The position numbers and the translations under genes are program-made. The notes under the pieces are model-generated. The model did not search any database and had not been told where the DNA came from. It saw nothing but the letters and a program-made list of their open reading frames with translations. This document shows, piece after piece, positions 52,190 to 60,273 of a DNA stretch of 64,000 bases. Every line of letters starts with the position of its first letter. Position 1 is the stretch's first letter. The stretch is from an uncultured Acidobacteriota bacterium (lineage in GTDB: Bacteria > Acidobacteriota > UBA6911): the NCBI GenBank assembly GCA_963827655.1, contig CAWHCF010000020.1, positions 192,001-256,000 of the forward strand, read 5' to 3'.

Positions 52190-52446
52190 GAGCGGCTCCG
52201 GCGACCCTTGAGAAGTTCCGAGAACTGACGTCCCGTCGCCGTAGAGCGCTTCGGGTTCTTGCCGTGAACGACCCCGATCAGGTCAGCCACTGCATTATAG
52301 GGTGCCCCGCTTGCGTCTTGCCGCTGGATCCATGCATCGATCGCTTCGCGAATCATCTCAGAGGCCGACACCTGCCTCCGGCGTGCGATGCGCGCGATCC
52401 GCTGCCGGGTCTCCTTGTCGAGTCTGAGGGTAACAGGAGATGTCAT
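52186..52446 (-). CDS. Ribbon-helix-helix (CopG) antitoxin
   Basis: VTLRLD.ET..RI.RIAR....SASEMIREAI; 4-nt overlap with vapC. Confidence 0.88.
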   Translation of the reverse strand: MTSPVTLRLDKETRQRIARIARRRQVSASEMIREAIDAWIQRQDASGAPYNAVADLIGVVHGKNPKRSTATGRQFSELLKGRRSRS

Positions 52447-52458
52447 GATGTCGGTGAG

Positions 52459-52486
52459 GATAACGTATTACAATCCGTAATACAAG
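52459..52486 (-). promoter_or_regulatory. TA promoter with palindromic operator
   Basis: GTATTAC-aatcc-GTAATAC (52465-52483) lies between a TTGTAT-like -35 and a TATCCT-like -10 on the minus strand. Confidence 0.6.
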
Positions 52487-52510
52487 ATCCGGAGGGCGCG
52501 CGGGGTTTTT

Positions 52511-52589
52511 CTTGGCGTCTTCGCGTCTTAGTGGTCAGTGGAAATCAAAGCACCACCAAGACACGAAGACACAACGAAGCGCGAAGACG
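52511..52589. repeat. 8-nt-periodic inverted repeat doublet
   Basis: cttggcgtcttcgcgtcttagtggt ... accaccaagacacgaagacacaacgaagcgcgaagacg. Confidence 0.82.
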
Positions 52590-52592
52590 GGC

Positions 52593-53744
52593 TCAGCGCT
52601 CCGCAAGCTGGGCCGGCCTTTCGCCGAGCCTGAGGTCCAAAGCCAGCTTGCTGCCATTGCGGAGAACAGACATGCGTAGTGCCGTATCCGGCCGGCTCTC
52701 CGCCACAGCCAGCTTGAGATTGTGCGGCGACAGAATCTCCTGGCCGTTAGATGCCACGATCACGTCCCCGGGGCGCAAGCCGGCGCTCGCTGCCGGGCTT
52801 CGGGGCTCGACCTGGGTCACAAGCGCTCCCTTGGTGTCGGGCAGTCCCAGCCTGCGAGCCGCCTCGGGAGTGAGCTCATCCAGGGAGACGCCAATCCAGC
52901 CGCGCGTAACTTTGCCCGAATCCGCGAGCTGTCGGTAAACGCCGGCGGCCATCGATGAAGGAATCGCGAACCCGACGCCTTGCCAGCCCCCGTTCTGACT
53001 GGCAATCATGGTGTTGATCCCGACGACCTCACCTTGCAAATTCACAAGCGGACCACCGCTGTTGCCGGGGTTGATAGCCGCGTCGGTTTGCAGAAAATCG
53101 TCATACTGCCCCGCGCCGATGACGCGCCCCTTGGCGCTGATGATGCCTGCGGTCATCGTCTTTTCGAGTCCGAACGGGCTGCCGAAAGCGAGGACCCAGT
53201 CGCCGACGCCGGCCTTGCTGCTATCGGCCAGGCGCAGGTAGGGCAGATTCGTCTCCCGGATCTTGATCACCGCGAGGTCGGTCTGGGGATCGGTACCCAC
53301 CACGGTCGCGTCCAAAGTGCGCCCGTCGTTGAGCTTCACGCTGATGCGGTCGGCTCTCCTGACCACGTGATGGTTGGTAAGAATGTACCCCTGAGAATCC
53401 ACAATGAATCCCGACCCAAGGCTCGGCCGCCTGAATTCCCGCGGCATCCCTCGAAGCCCGAAGAACTCCTCGAGCGGGGTACCGGAAGTCCGGATGACCT
53501 GCTCGGTGTTGATGTTAACTACCGCAGGCTCCACGCGCCGGGCGACCTCGCCAAACGCCTGGCCGAGCTGTGCGGCTGAAGCTATTCCCGGCGTCGCGGG
53601 CACACTCACCGGACCTGAACTAGCGCTTGCGCCGCGGCCTTCGCCCAGATGAAAACCGGCCGCGCCGACAATCAGAAGAAGGACAACAGTAAGGGCGACC
53701 CCAGAACCGCGCCTGGCCAGGCCCTTTTGAGACGATCTATACAT
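52593..53744 (-). CDS. DegP/HtrA (Do/DeqQ) serine protease with one PDZ domain
   Basis: SLGSGFIV, TNHHVV, TDLAVIK, QTDAAINPGNSGGPL, PA..AGLRPGDVI; alternative start at 53771. Confidence 0.92.
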   Translation of the reverse strand: MYRSSQKGLARRGSGVALTVVLLLIVGAAGFHLGEGRGASASSGPVSVPATPGIASAAQLGQAFGEVARRVEPAVVNINTEQVIRTSGTPLEEFFGLRGMPREFRRPSLGSGFIVDSQGYILTNHHVVRRADRISVKLNDGRTLDATVVGTDPQTDLAVIKIRETNLPYLRLADSSKAGVGDWVLAFGSPFGLEKTMTAGIISAKGRVIGAGQYDDFLQTDAAINPGNSGGPLVNLQGEVVGINTMIASQNGGWQGVGFAIPSSMAAGVYRQLADSGKVTRGWIGVSLDELTPEAARRLGLPDTKGALVTQVEPRSPAASAGLRPGDVIVASNGQEILSPHNLKLAVAESRPDTALRMSVLRNGSKLALDLRLGERPAQLAER

Positions 53745-53792
53745 ATCCAAATCTCCATGAATCAAATTCATAATTCTCCTGCAGAAGAATTA

Positions 53793-53818
53793 CACGACAA
53801 TCGGGGCGCCGGGTTTCA
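53793..53818 (-). promoter_or_regulatory. ECF-sigma-type promoter candidate for the DegP-like gene
   Basis: Minus strand TGAAAC-N16-CGTG. Confidence 0.45.
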
Positions 53819-54072
53819 AATTTCATGACTCGGCAAGCCAGGTCGCGCACTTGAGTTTTTCTCATCGAACTCTCAAACTCTTCTTTTATGAGCCGACAGC
53901 GCCTCCGACTTGTCCGTGCGCGCCCGGGCCCATTTAAAGCATGGTAATTATGAGAAATTCGGGACGTGGCTGCGGGATCATCGAATCGAGGCTTGCTCAG
54001 GCATGACTCCGATCTTCGAAGCATACTTGGTGGAAATCGAATTCAGAGGCCGTTCGTTCCCGCCGTGACGCC

Positions 54073-54735
54073 ATGCGACTCTTCCTGATATTTCTCTTTC
54101 TCGCGTTCGCCGTCCTGATTCCATTCCTGATCTGGGGAGGCCGGTTCGAGGCGGCGTTCAGCCGTGACGGCGCCGTTTCCTGGCTTCGCGACTACGGCGC
54201 CTGGGCCTGGGCGGCAGCCATCGTGCTTCTGCTCCTCGACCTTTTTCTCCCTGTCCCGGCCACGGCAGTGTTTTCCGGGTTAGGTTTCCTGTATGGCGCC
54301 TTGCTGGGCGGACTCATAGGCGCTGCGGGATCGATCCTCTCGGGAGTAGCCGCGTACGCCGGCTGTCGGCTGGTCGGGCGGGGAGCAGCGGTTCGAATCG
54401 CCGGCGAGAGAGACCTGGCCCGCGCCGAGCGGCTGTTCTCATCGGTAGGTGGATGGCTGGTGGCCCTGTCTCGCTGGCTGCCCGTCTTTTCCGAGACCGT
54501 CGCCTGCCTGGCGGGGCTGGCGCGCATGCCGGCCGGTCCGTTCCTGCTTGCCCTCGCGTCCGGAACGATTCCCCTGGCAATGGTTTTTGCTATCGTGGGA
54601 GCGGCAGGCCTGCACTATCCGATCGCGGCGATGGCTCTCAGCGCCGGACTTCCGGCCCTTATCTGGCCCGTGGCATCACTCCTCGTCAGAAGGCAGAAGC
54701 AACCACCAGGACGCGAAGACACGAAGACACACTAA
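54073..54735 (+). CDS. VTT/DedA (TVP38) family membrane protein
   Basis: LLLDLFLPVPAT, G.LYG...G, SRWLPVFSE...CLAGL.RM. Confidence 0.88.
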   Translation: MRLFLIFLFLAFAVLIPFLIWGGRFEAAFSRDGAVSWLRDYGAWAWAAAIVLLLLDLFLPVPATAVFSGLGFLYGALLGGLIGAAGSILSGVAAYAGCRLVGRGAAVRIAGERDLARAERLFSSVGGWLVALSRWLPVFSETVACLAGLARMPAGPFLLALASGTIPLAMVFAIVGAAGLHYPIAAMALSAGLPALIWPVASLLVRRQKQPPGREDTKTH

Positions 54736-54736
54736 G
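54702..54736. repeat. 8-nt-periodic repeat, right arm, inside the DedA 3' end
   Basis: accaccaggacgcgaagacacgaagacacactaag. Confidence 0.75.
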
Positions 54737-55613
54737 GATGGCTTTGCGGATTTTTTCGCAAGGGCAGGTCGAAGTAAAAGACCCGGTTCTGGTCTTTGGC
54801 GCCGCCTGCCTCCTCCGGCGCAATGAGCAGGGAATCTCCCAGAATGGTGCGGTCGAGGATCGCCCCGTCGGGCCCGGTGACCAGGAACTCCGCCGGATGG
54901 ACGAAGACGATGTGGGTTTTGTTCTCGCGCGAGCGGGCCTGCAGGATGGGATCGTTGCGGCTGGGGCCGAACATGCCGCCCGAAGGGCAGATGAGAAAAT
55001 CTGCGCCGTTTTCGAAGAACCGCCGGACAATGTTTTCATCCCTCCGGTCGGCGCAGATCATGACGCCGACGTTGCCGAAGGGCGTCTCATGCACGGACGA
55101 TGTCTGGCCCGGCGTGTTGCGAACAGCCTCGTGCTCGAGGAATTGCTTGCGGTACTTTCCCGTCAATTTCCCGTCGGGCCCGATAATCACCGTGGTGTTG
55201 TAACGGAGCTCGCCGTCGGCTTCCAGCATGCCCGCGGTCAGATGGATATTCAGCTCATCGGCGAGGCGCGCCAGGCGCTCGAAGTACTTGCCCGTCGGGA
55301 TCGGTTCTCCTAAGGCGCGGTACTGTTCGAGCGGAATGCTCTTGTCCGCTATCGCGTATCCGTCGAGGAAGCATTCGGTCGTTACGACGATTTCGGCGCC
55401 GTTGGCCGCCGCCTCGCGAATCATCGGCTCGATGCGGCGGTAGTTCGTTTCCTTGTCGCCTCGGATCCACTTCAGGACGATTCCGGCGACCCGGACTGAT
55501 TTTTTCTCGGCCGCTCCAAGGAGATTGACGATTCCGGCGAGAGCGGGTGCCCCGGCACTGACCTGAAGAAACCTCCGGCGCGTCAGGCAGATCCTCGCGT
55601 ATCTATCGGTCAT
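54732..55613 (-). CDS. Carbon-nitrogen hydrolase (nitrilase superfamily) with Tat signal
   Basis: TRRRFL; catalytic E (TECFLDGY), K (YRKQ), C (MICADRR); alternative start at 55640. Confidence 0.88.
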   Translation of the reverse strand: MTDRYARICLTRRRFLQVSAGAPALAGIVNLLGAAEKKSVRVAGIVLKWIRGDKETNYRRIEPMIREAAANGAEIVVTTECFLDGYAIADKSIPLEQYRALGEPIPTGKYFERLARLADELNIHLTAGMLEADGELRYNTTVIIGPDGKLTGKYRKQFLEHEAVRNTPGQTSSVHETPFGNVGVMICADRRDENIVRRFFENGADFLICPSGGMFGPSRNDPILQARSRENKTHIVFVHPAEFLVTGPDGAILDRTILGDSLLIAPEEAGGAKDQNRVFYFDLPLRKNPQSHP

Positions 55614-55720
55614 TTCAAGAACCCCCGGTGCATCGATCATCGTGGAATAATTTCGGGCGCGCTGTCAAACCAATTCACTGCCCTTCTTTGTATTCCTAGG
55701 TCGCAATTTCTTGCTTTTTG

Positions 55721-55824
55721 CCGAAGATTCTTGGTGTTTCTTCGGTGTCTTTGAGTCTTAGTGGTATTTGTTAGACAGCTCTAACCGTAAGCGAAGCACG
55801 TAAGAAACACTAAGATCACTTCGG
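55721..55824. repeat. 8-nt-periodic inverted repeat doublet
   Basis: ccgaagattcttggtgtttcttcggtgtctttgagtcttagtggt ... aagaaacactaagatcacttcgg. Confidence 0.8.
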
Positions 55825-55881
55825 TTGCGGCCGGGCTGCAGCAGAATGCGAACTGCTTCTGCGTGAGTCTTTAGTGCGCCT

Positions 55882-56730
55882 TCAAGCGGTTCGGACCACC
55901 ACCTCCCGCAGGCACCCCCGTAAGTCCATCTCGAATTCAATCTCCTCGATCGGAGGGCGGGCGAAGTGCCATCGAACACCGTGGATTCCAGCGTCGCCCA
56001 GGCGCGGCACGAGAAACTTCCGCATCAGCGGGAAGATGTCGTGAACCGTATAGACCTCGACGGCGGTCACCTCGGCCCAGCCGGCGCCAAGACCGCGAAG
56101 CCGCTCCTCCATCAACCGCAACACCTGAGCCGCCTTTTCCTGCAGGCCTGCTTCGGACAGATCACCGCGCCGTACGATGTCGCGCGCATCGAGCCGCTCA
56201 CCCTTCAGCTCGCCGGCTCCGGCCACGACGAACGTCGCGGCTGGCGCCCGCGACGGAACCGTGTAACTGAATCCGTAAAGCAGGACCTCAGCCGGCGGAG
56301 CGATCTCGGGCGCCACATTCGTGCGCGCTACCGGGTTGAGTCCGCCGGCAAGGATCCCGCGCTTCTCGAGCATCTCCAGGTAGCTCTGGTTGAACTCGTT
56401 GAAGCCCGGGAAGGTAAAGGGGCGCGGCGAACGCAACTCGATCCCGCACAGCGCCTCCGAGGGCCTTGACTGCTGTTGGAAATGACGATCGATGGTTTCA
56501 AACCCCTTTCGGTAAGGCACGGGCGGAACCAGCGTCGCATGGACTACTTCGTGGCCCGCCAGCGCGACGGCCCCGGAAGAATAGGGCGCAATCCCGCGCA
56601 GGAACCGGAACCCCCCTTTCGCGTTTTCGACCAGCATCGTCCCCTCCGCGCTTTTCGGCAATTGCGCCAGAGCGAGCGCTCCGGCCTGTTTCAAAAACTC
56701 CCGGCGATTCTGTTCCCTTTTCGGATTCAC
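55882..56730 (-). CDS. CnbZ-like (2-amino-5-chloromuconate deaminase/RidA-like) protein with Tat signal
   Basis: NRREFLK; YSSG.VA..G.E.VH, LCGIELRSP.PFTF.GF..FN, NPVARTNVAP, TFVVAGAGE, RPPI...EFEMD.RG. Confidence 0.78.
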   Translation of the reverse strand: MNPKREQNRREFLKQAGALALAQLPKSAEGTMLVENAKGGFRFLRGIAPYSSGAVALAGHEVVHATLVPPVPYRKGFETIDRHFQQQSRPSEALCGIELRSPRPFTFPGFNEFNQSYLEMLEKRGILAGGLNPVARTNVAPEIAPPAEVLLYGFSYTVPSRAPAATFVVAGAGELKGERLDARDIVRRGDLSEAGLQEKAAQVLRLMEERLRGLGAGWAEVTAVEVYTVHDIFPLMRKFLVPRLGDAGIHGVRWHFARPPIEEIEFEMDLRGCLREVVVRTA

Positions 56731-56788
56731 TTCTTCTCCGCCTTCTGGTGCATGCCCATCTTCCCTAGGCATTATAGTCCACAAGGTT

Positions 56789-56860
56789 CTTAGCGTTTCT
56801 TCGAGTCTTCGAGTCTTGGTGGTTGGTTTTTGTTCCGCCGCACTAACCACGGAGACACGA
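56789..56860. repeat. 8-nt-periodic inverted repeat doublet
   Basis: cttagcgtttcttcgagtcttcgagtcttggtggttgg ... aaccacggagacacga. Confidence 0.85.
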
Positions 56861-56967
56861 GCCAGGTGTGTTATACTCGGGATCTTGTAAGACAGCCTCA
56901 CAATAGAAACAGCGCCACAAATGAGCAAAGCTCAGCAGACTTGATAAAACACCGAAAGGATGAATCG

Positions 56968-57453
56968 ATGAAATCAAAGATAAGAACACGTGTGATGATG
57001 ACCCTTTTGGGATTGGGCGTCCTCGTTCTCGCGTTTCCGGCGTTCACGCAAGAAAAGAAGGCAGACGACATGCAGATCGTTCGCGAGAAGCTGCGCGCCG
57101 ACAAGAAGCTCCTTGTTTCAGAGGCCATGAAGTTCACGGAGGCCGAGGCCAAAGGCTTTTGGCCGGTTTATGAGAGCTACCAGAAAGAGATGACCGGGAT
57201 CAATGACCGCGTAGTCAAAGTTATCCAGGAATACGCCAAGAGTTATACCAGCATGACCGATGAGGTCGCCAAAAAGCTAGTCGATGACTCTCTGGCGACT
57301 GACGGAGACCGGCTGAAAATCCGCCAATCTTATCTGCCCAAGTTTCGCAAGGTCCTGTCGGAAATCAAAGTGGCGCGTTTCTACCAGCTCGAAAACAAAA
57401 TCCAGGCGGCCATAAACTACGATTTGGCGGCAGGTATTCCGATGATCGAGTGA
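56968..57453 (+). CDS. Secreted helical hypothetical protein
   Basis: Signal peptide; KK.LV...M..TEAEA..FWPVY..YQ...Y..KF..VL...KVARF.QLENK. Confidence 0.75.
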   Translation: MKSKIRTRVMMTLLGLGVLVLAFPAFTQEKKADDMQIVREKLRADKKLLVSEAMKFTEAEAKGFWPVYESYQKEMTGINDRVVKVIQEYAKSYTSMTDEVAKKLVDDSLATDGDRLKIRQSYLPKFRKVLSEIKVARFYQLENKIQAAINYDLAAGIPMIE

Positions 57454-57459
57454 CGGTGA

Positions 57460-57690
57460 TCCATCTCACCCGGCGCTGTCGACACCGCGCACCAGAAGGT
57501 CGGCCCAGGGAATCGGAAAACAAGATAATCAGGCCAGAAGCTGAGGATGTAAGCAAATCTCAGCCGCCGCTGTTCGGGGAAGCACTGAGCCAGCCCCAGG
57601 ACCAGCAGCAGCCAGCCGAAGCCGGCACGGGCGCGAATGCGTAGGTAATCAGGCAAAAGGCCAGAAGAAACACGTGCGGGCTGGTGCCCG
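57460..57690 (-). pseudogene. C-terminal remnant of a membrane protein gene
   Basis: Across two shifts it reads HVFLLAFCLITYAFAPVP/GFGWLLLVLGLAQCFPEQRRLRFAYILSF/GLIILF; no intact N-terminus visible. Confidence 0.4.
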
Positions 57691-57984
57691 ATACGCACAC
57701 ATTCTTCGGTGGTCATGGTGATCGACGATCTGGAGAAAGGATTACTTCTGCCCGAGGTGCAGGTGCCCTCCGATTCGGTCCCCGCACTGCCTGCAGCCGG
57801 TTCAACCCCGTAGCGGATGTCTGGGCCTGGAAGAACAACCCCCGCGGCCCATTCGCAGACTGGAACCCCAACGTGTCGTGTGCGGACTGGGCAGGCACGT
57901 CCTAGTTTGTTTGGCGTAGGACGGGTCACACGCGAGCTCTCGCTCTCCCTGACGAAGCAGGGGAGGCGAACCCGGCGTCCAGCC

Positions 57985-59478
57985 TCAGGTTGCGAGGAAC
58001 CTTCGGAAGAGATTCTCGGTCATTCGCTGAACTCGCGCGTCGGGCCCCGGCGGCGTCCCGCCGTGGGCACTCGGCCGCATGTATCCCGGCGGCTCGGAAA
58101 GCCCGTCGGACCACCAGATCGTGGCGGCGTTGAAGACCCAGTTGCCCTTCGGAGCGCGGAACATCGTAGCCGTGTATTCAGTGCCCTGCGGCTTTCCGCG
58201 GCTGGAGACCGCCCCGCGCGCCAGCACCTCCAGCCCCTGGATCGAGGCCGGGTGGCCATGGTGCTCCCAGCCCACCAGGCCTTTGATCGAATCGCCGTTC
58301 TTCATCCCGGTGCCTTCGAAGAGCCAGTGCTTTTCGTTCACGCAGGTCCAATCGGCGCTTCCGTTCGCGGGGCTGGTCGTCCTCGCCCCCATGAGAAGCG
58401 CCGGATCGGGCCCGTGTTGTTTCCATTTGTCGTAGGCGCGCTCACGGTCGGAGTCGACTCCGGCGAACTTTCCGATCCGGCCGATCGTGCGGTAGGGCGC
58501 GCCCGCGGCATTGGGGAGCACCTCGAGAACGCCGTCGACCGAGTTTCCGCAGAAGAAGGCGGCATGGGCGCCTGCATCTATCGCGCTCTTTACGTTCTGA
58601 AACATGTCGAGCGACCAGTACTCGTCGTGCCCGACGGAGAGGAACACCTTTCCGCGGGCGAGCCCGCGAGCGTCGGCGTGCGTGTCCATGTTCGAGATGT
58701 ACGAGACATCGTAGCCGGCCTTTTCCATCCAGAAGGCCAGCGGGAACTCCCAGAGGAGGAATTCACCGGAACCCTGCGACAGGGGAGCGTCGAATATCTG
58801 CCGGTACTTGCCGTATGGGCGGTCGAAGCTGACCCGCACGCCGGGGCCCGTGTACCAGTTGTGCGGCGGGGTGCCATCGTCGTAGAGCGACCAGAGGTCG
58901 GGCCAGCGGTTGTATGCCGCCCACGTAGTGTCCGAGCATTGAAAGAGGAAGTTGCACTCGCGGTCGTCCCGGACGACGAAAATCATATAGCTCTGGAGTT
59001 TCTCCCGCTCCTCGGTGAGCTTGGCCAGGTAGACGCCGCTGGGCCAGGTCGCCGGGATGGTCAACCGCATGGCCGTGTTCCATACGCACTCGCGCAGGCG
59101 CTCCTCGCCCACGGGCGGATCGGGCTGGGGTGAGCCCTGAAACGGGCCGAACCGCTCCAGGTGCCGTCCGCCCTTTCCGCCGTAGTAACCCATCCGGTAG
59201 CAGTCGATCACGAAGCTCGACGCGGGGTTCGTGCTCACCTTGAACTCGATCGTCTCCCCGGAGCGGACACTCGTCCTGGAGCAATACCCTTCGATCCAAG
59301 GGGAGCGGTAGCGCGTATTCGGATCGACACGCGTATTGGTCAGGATCCAGTCGCTGGTTCCGGGCTTCGCGTTCTCCTCACGGACGAGGTCGCTCTTGGC
59401 GCCTTCTGATTTACAACCCCCTATGGCGGCGATCCCAGCCCCAGCCATGCCTTTGAGTATCTCGCGACGAGTGATCAT
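57985..59478 (-). CDS. N,N-dimethylformamidase beta-subunit family (DUF6605-like) Tat lipoprotein
   Basis: TRREIL...GGC; EN..PGT..W, IEGY, W.SGVYLAKL, TWAAYN.W, VSFDRPY, W.EK.GYDVSY, SVGHDEYWS. Confidence 0.8.
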   Translation of the reverse strand: MITRREILKGMAGAGIAAIGGCKSEGAKSDLVREENAKPGTSDWILTNTRVDPNTRYRSPWIEGYCSRTSVRSGETIEFKVSTNPASSFVIDCYRMGYYGGKGGRHLERFGPFQGSPQPDPPVGEERLRECVWNTAMRLTIPATWPSGVYLAKLTEEREKLQSYMIFVVRDDRECNFLFQCSDTTWAAYNRWPDLWSLYDDGTPPHNWYTGPGVRVSFDRPYGKYRQIFDAPLSQGSGEFLLWEFPLAFWMEKAGYDVSYISNMDTHADARGLARGKVFLSVGHDEYWSLDMFQNVKSAIDAGAHAAFFCGNSVDGVLEVLPNAAGAPYRTIGRIGKFAGVDSDRERAYDKWKQHGPDPALLMGARTTSPANGSADWTCVNEKHWLFEGTGMKNGDSIKGLVGWEHHGHPASIQGLEVLARGAVSSRGKPQGTEYTATMFRAPKGNWVFNAATIWWSDGLSEPPGYMRPSAHGGTPPGPDARVQRMTENLFRRFLAT

Positions 59479-59512
59479 GAGTCCTCCCCATCAGGATTGT
59501 CTGTTCAGCCCG

Positions 59513-59547
59513 CTTGGCGTTTCTTGGTGGCTTGGAGTCTTAGCGGT
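59513..59547. repeat. 8-nt-periodic repeat, left arm
   Basis: cttggcgtttcttggtggcttggagtcttagcggt. Confidence 0.8.
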
Positions 59548-59549
59548 TA

Positions 59550-60182
59550 TCAGTTGACAACAAGCTTTTCCACATTGGAGGCCACGGCGAATGGATAAGA
59601 GCTCTCCTCAGGAAGCCTCGTTGTACCAGGATGATAAATAGCCAATATGTAATAAACACCCGATTTCAGCTCATGACGCATTCGCGAGGTGCCTGTCGTA
59701 AAAGTGAGATCGGCGAGTTCAATAGTGGTTGTTTGACCAGGTGAGAGTTCAAAGCGCTCGTGTGCAATATGTGCCTTGCCGAGCGAATTGGCTGATACCT
59801 GATTCCACAGACTATCAAACACGACCAGATTCAGAGCCGCGTTGTAGTTGGGCGAGACCAGTTCAAGCTTCTTATCGCCCGTATTTGTTATCTCCAGGGC
59901 TCCTTTGACCTGAGAATTTACGTCTACACGTGCTTTTCCTTTTTCCTCCCGCGGCCGCCTCTCACCATCACACTCGCTACACACACGTTGTATGCGTCCG
60001 CCTGGCTGTTTGATTCCAATCCTGGCCTGAATCAGACGACGAACTGCCCGGTTGCCGACGGTTTGTTGGAACCGCAGAAGCGGGTGCAGTGGAGTCTGCG
60101 TTCGCGCCACGGCTTTAGATTGGCACTGGCAGCGTTTTTCGTGAACTTTTTCGTCTGATTTGGATGAGTGCCAGTATCTCAT
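59550..60182 (-). CDS. Hypothetical low-GC protein: eCIS/DUF4157-type N-terminal leader plus Ig-like beta domain
   Basis: HPLLRFQQTVGNRAVRRLIQARI.I.QPG..IQRVCSEC; C-terminal LEITNTG...LSPGQT...LKSGVY.I.A.Y...VASN. Confidence 0.55.
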   Translation of the reverse strand: MRYWHSSKSDEKVHEKRCQCQSKAVARTQTPLHPLLRFQQTVGNRAVRRLIQARIGIKQPGGRIQRVCSECDGERRPREEKGKARVDVNSQVKGALEITNTGDKKLELVSPNYNAALNLVVFDSLWNQVSANSLGKAHIAHERFELSPGQTTTIELADLTFTTGTSRMRHELKSGVYYILAIYHPGTTRLPEESSYPFAVASNVEKLVVN

Positions 60183-60243
60183 TGGTCTTTGCCAAGATGG
60201 CCGACATTCTATCACGTGACGGCGAGGCCTAGCGGAAACTAAT

Positions 60244-60270
60244 ACCGCTAAGACACGAAGAAACACCAGG
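60244..60270. repeat. 8-nt-periodic repeat, right arm (inverted to 59513-59547)
   Basis: accgctaagacacgaagaaacaccagg; gtcttagcggt/accgctaagac are perfect complements. Confidence 0.8.
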
Positions 60271-60273
60271 AAC

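Noticed and set aside
1401-60270. Dispersed repeats as a CRISPR or guide-RNA array
   Set aside because: Copies are scattered, internally periodic and inverted, with no regular repeat-spacer array and no cas genes.
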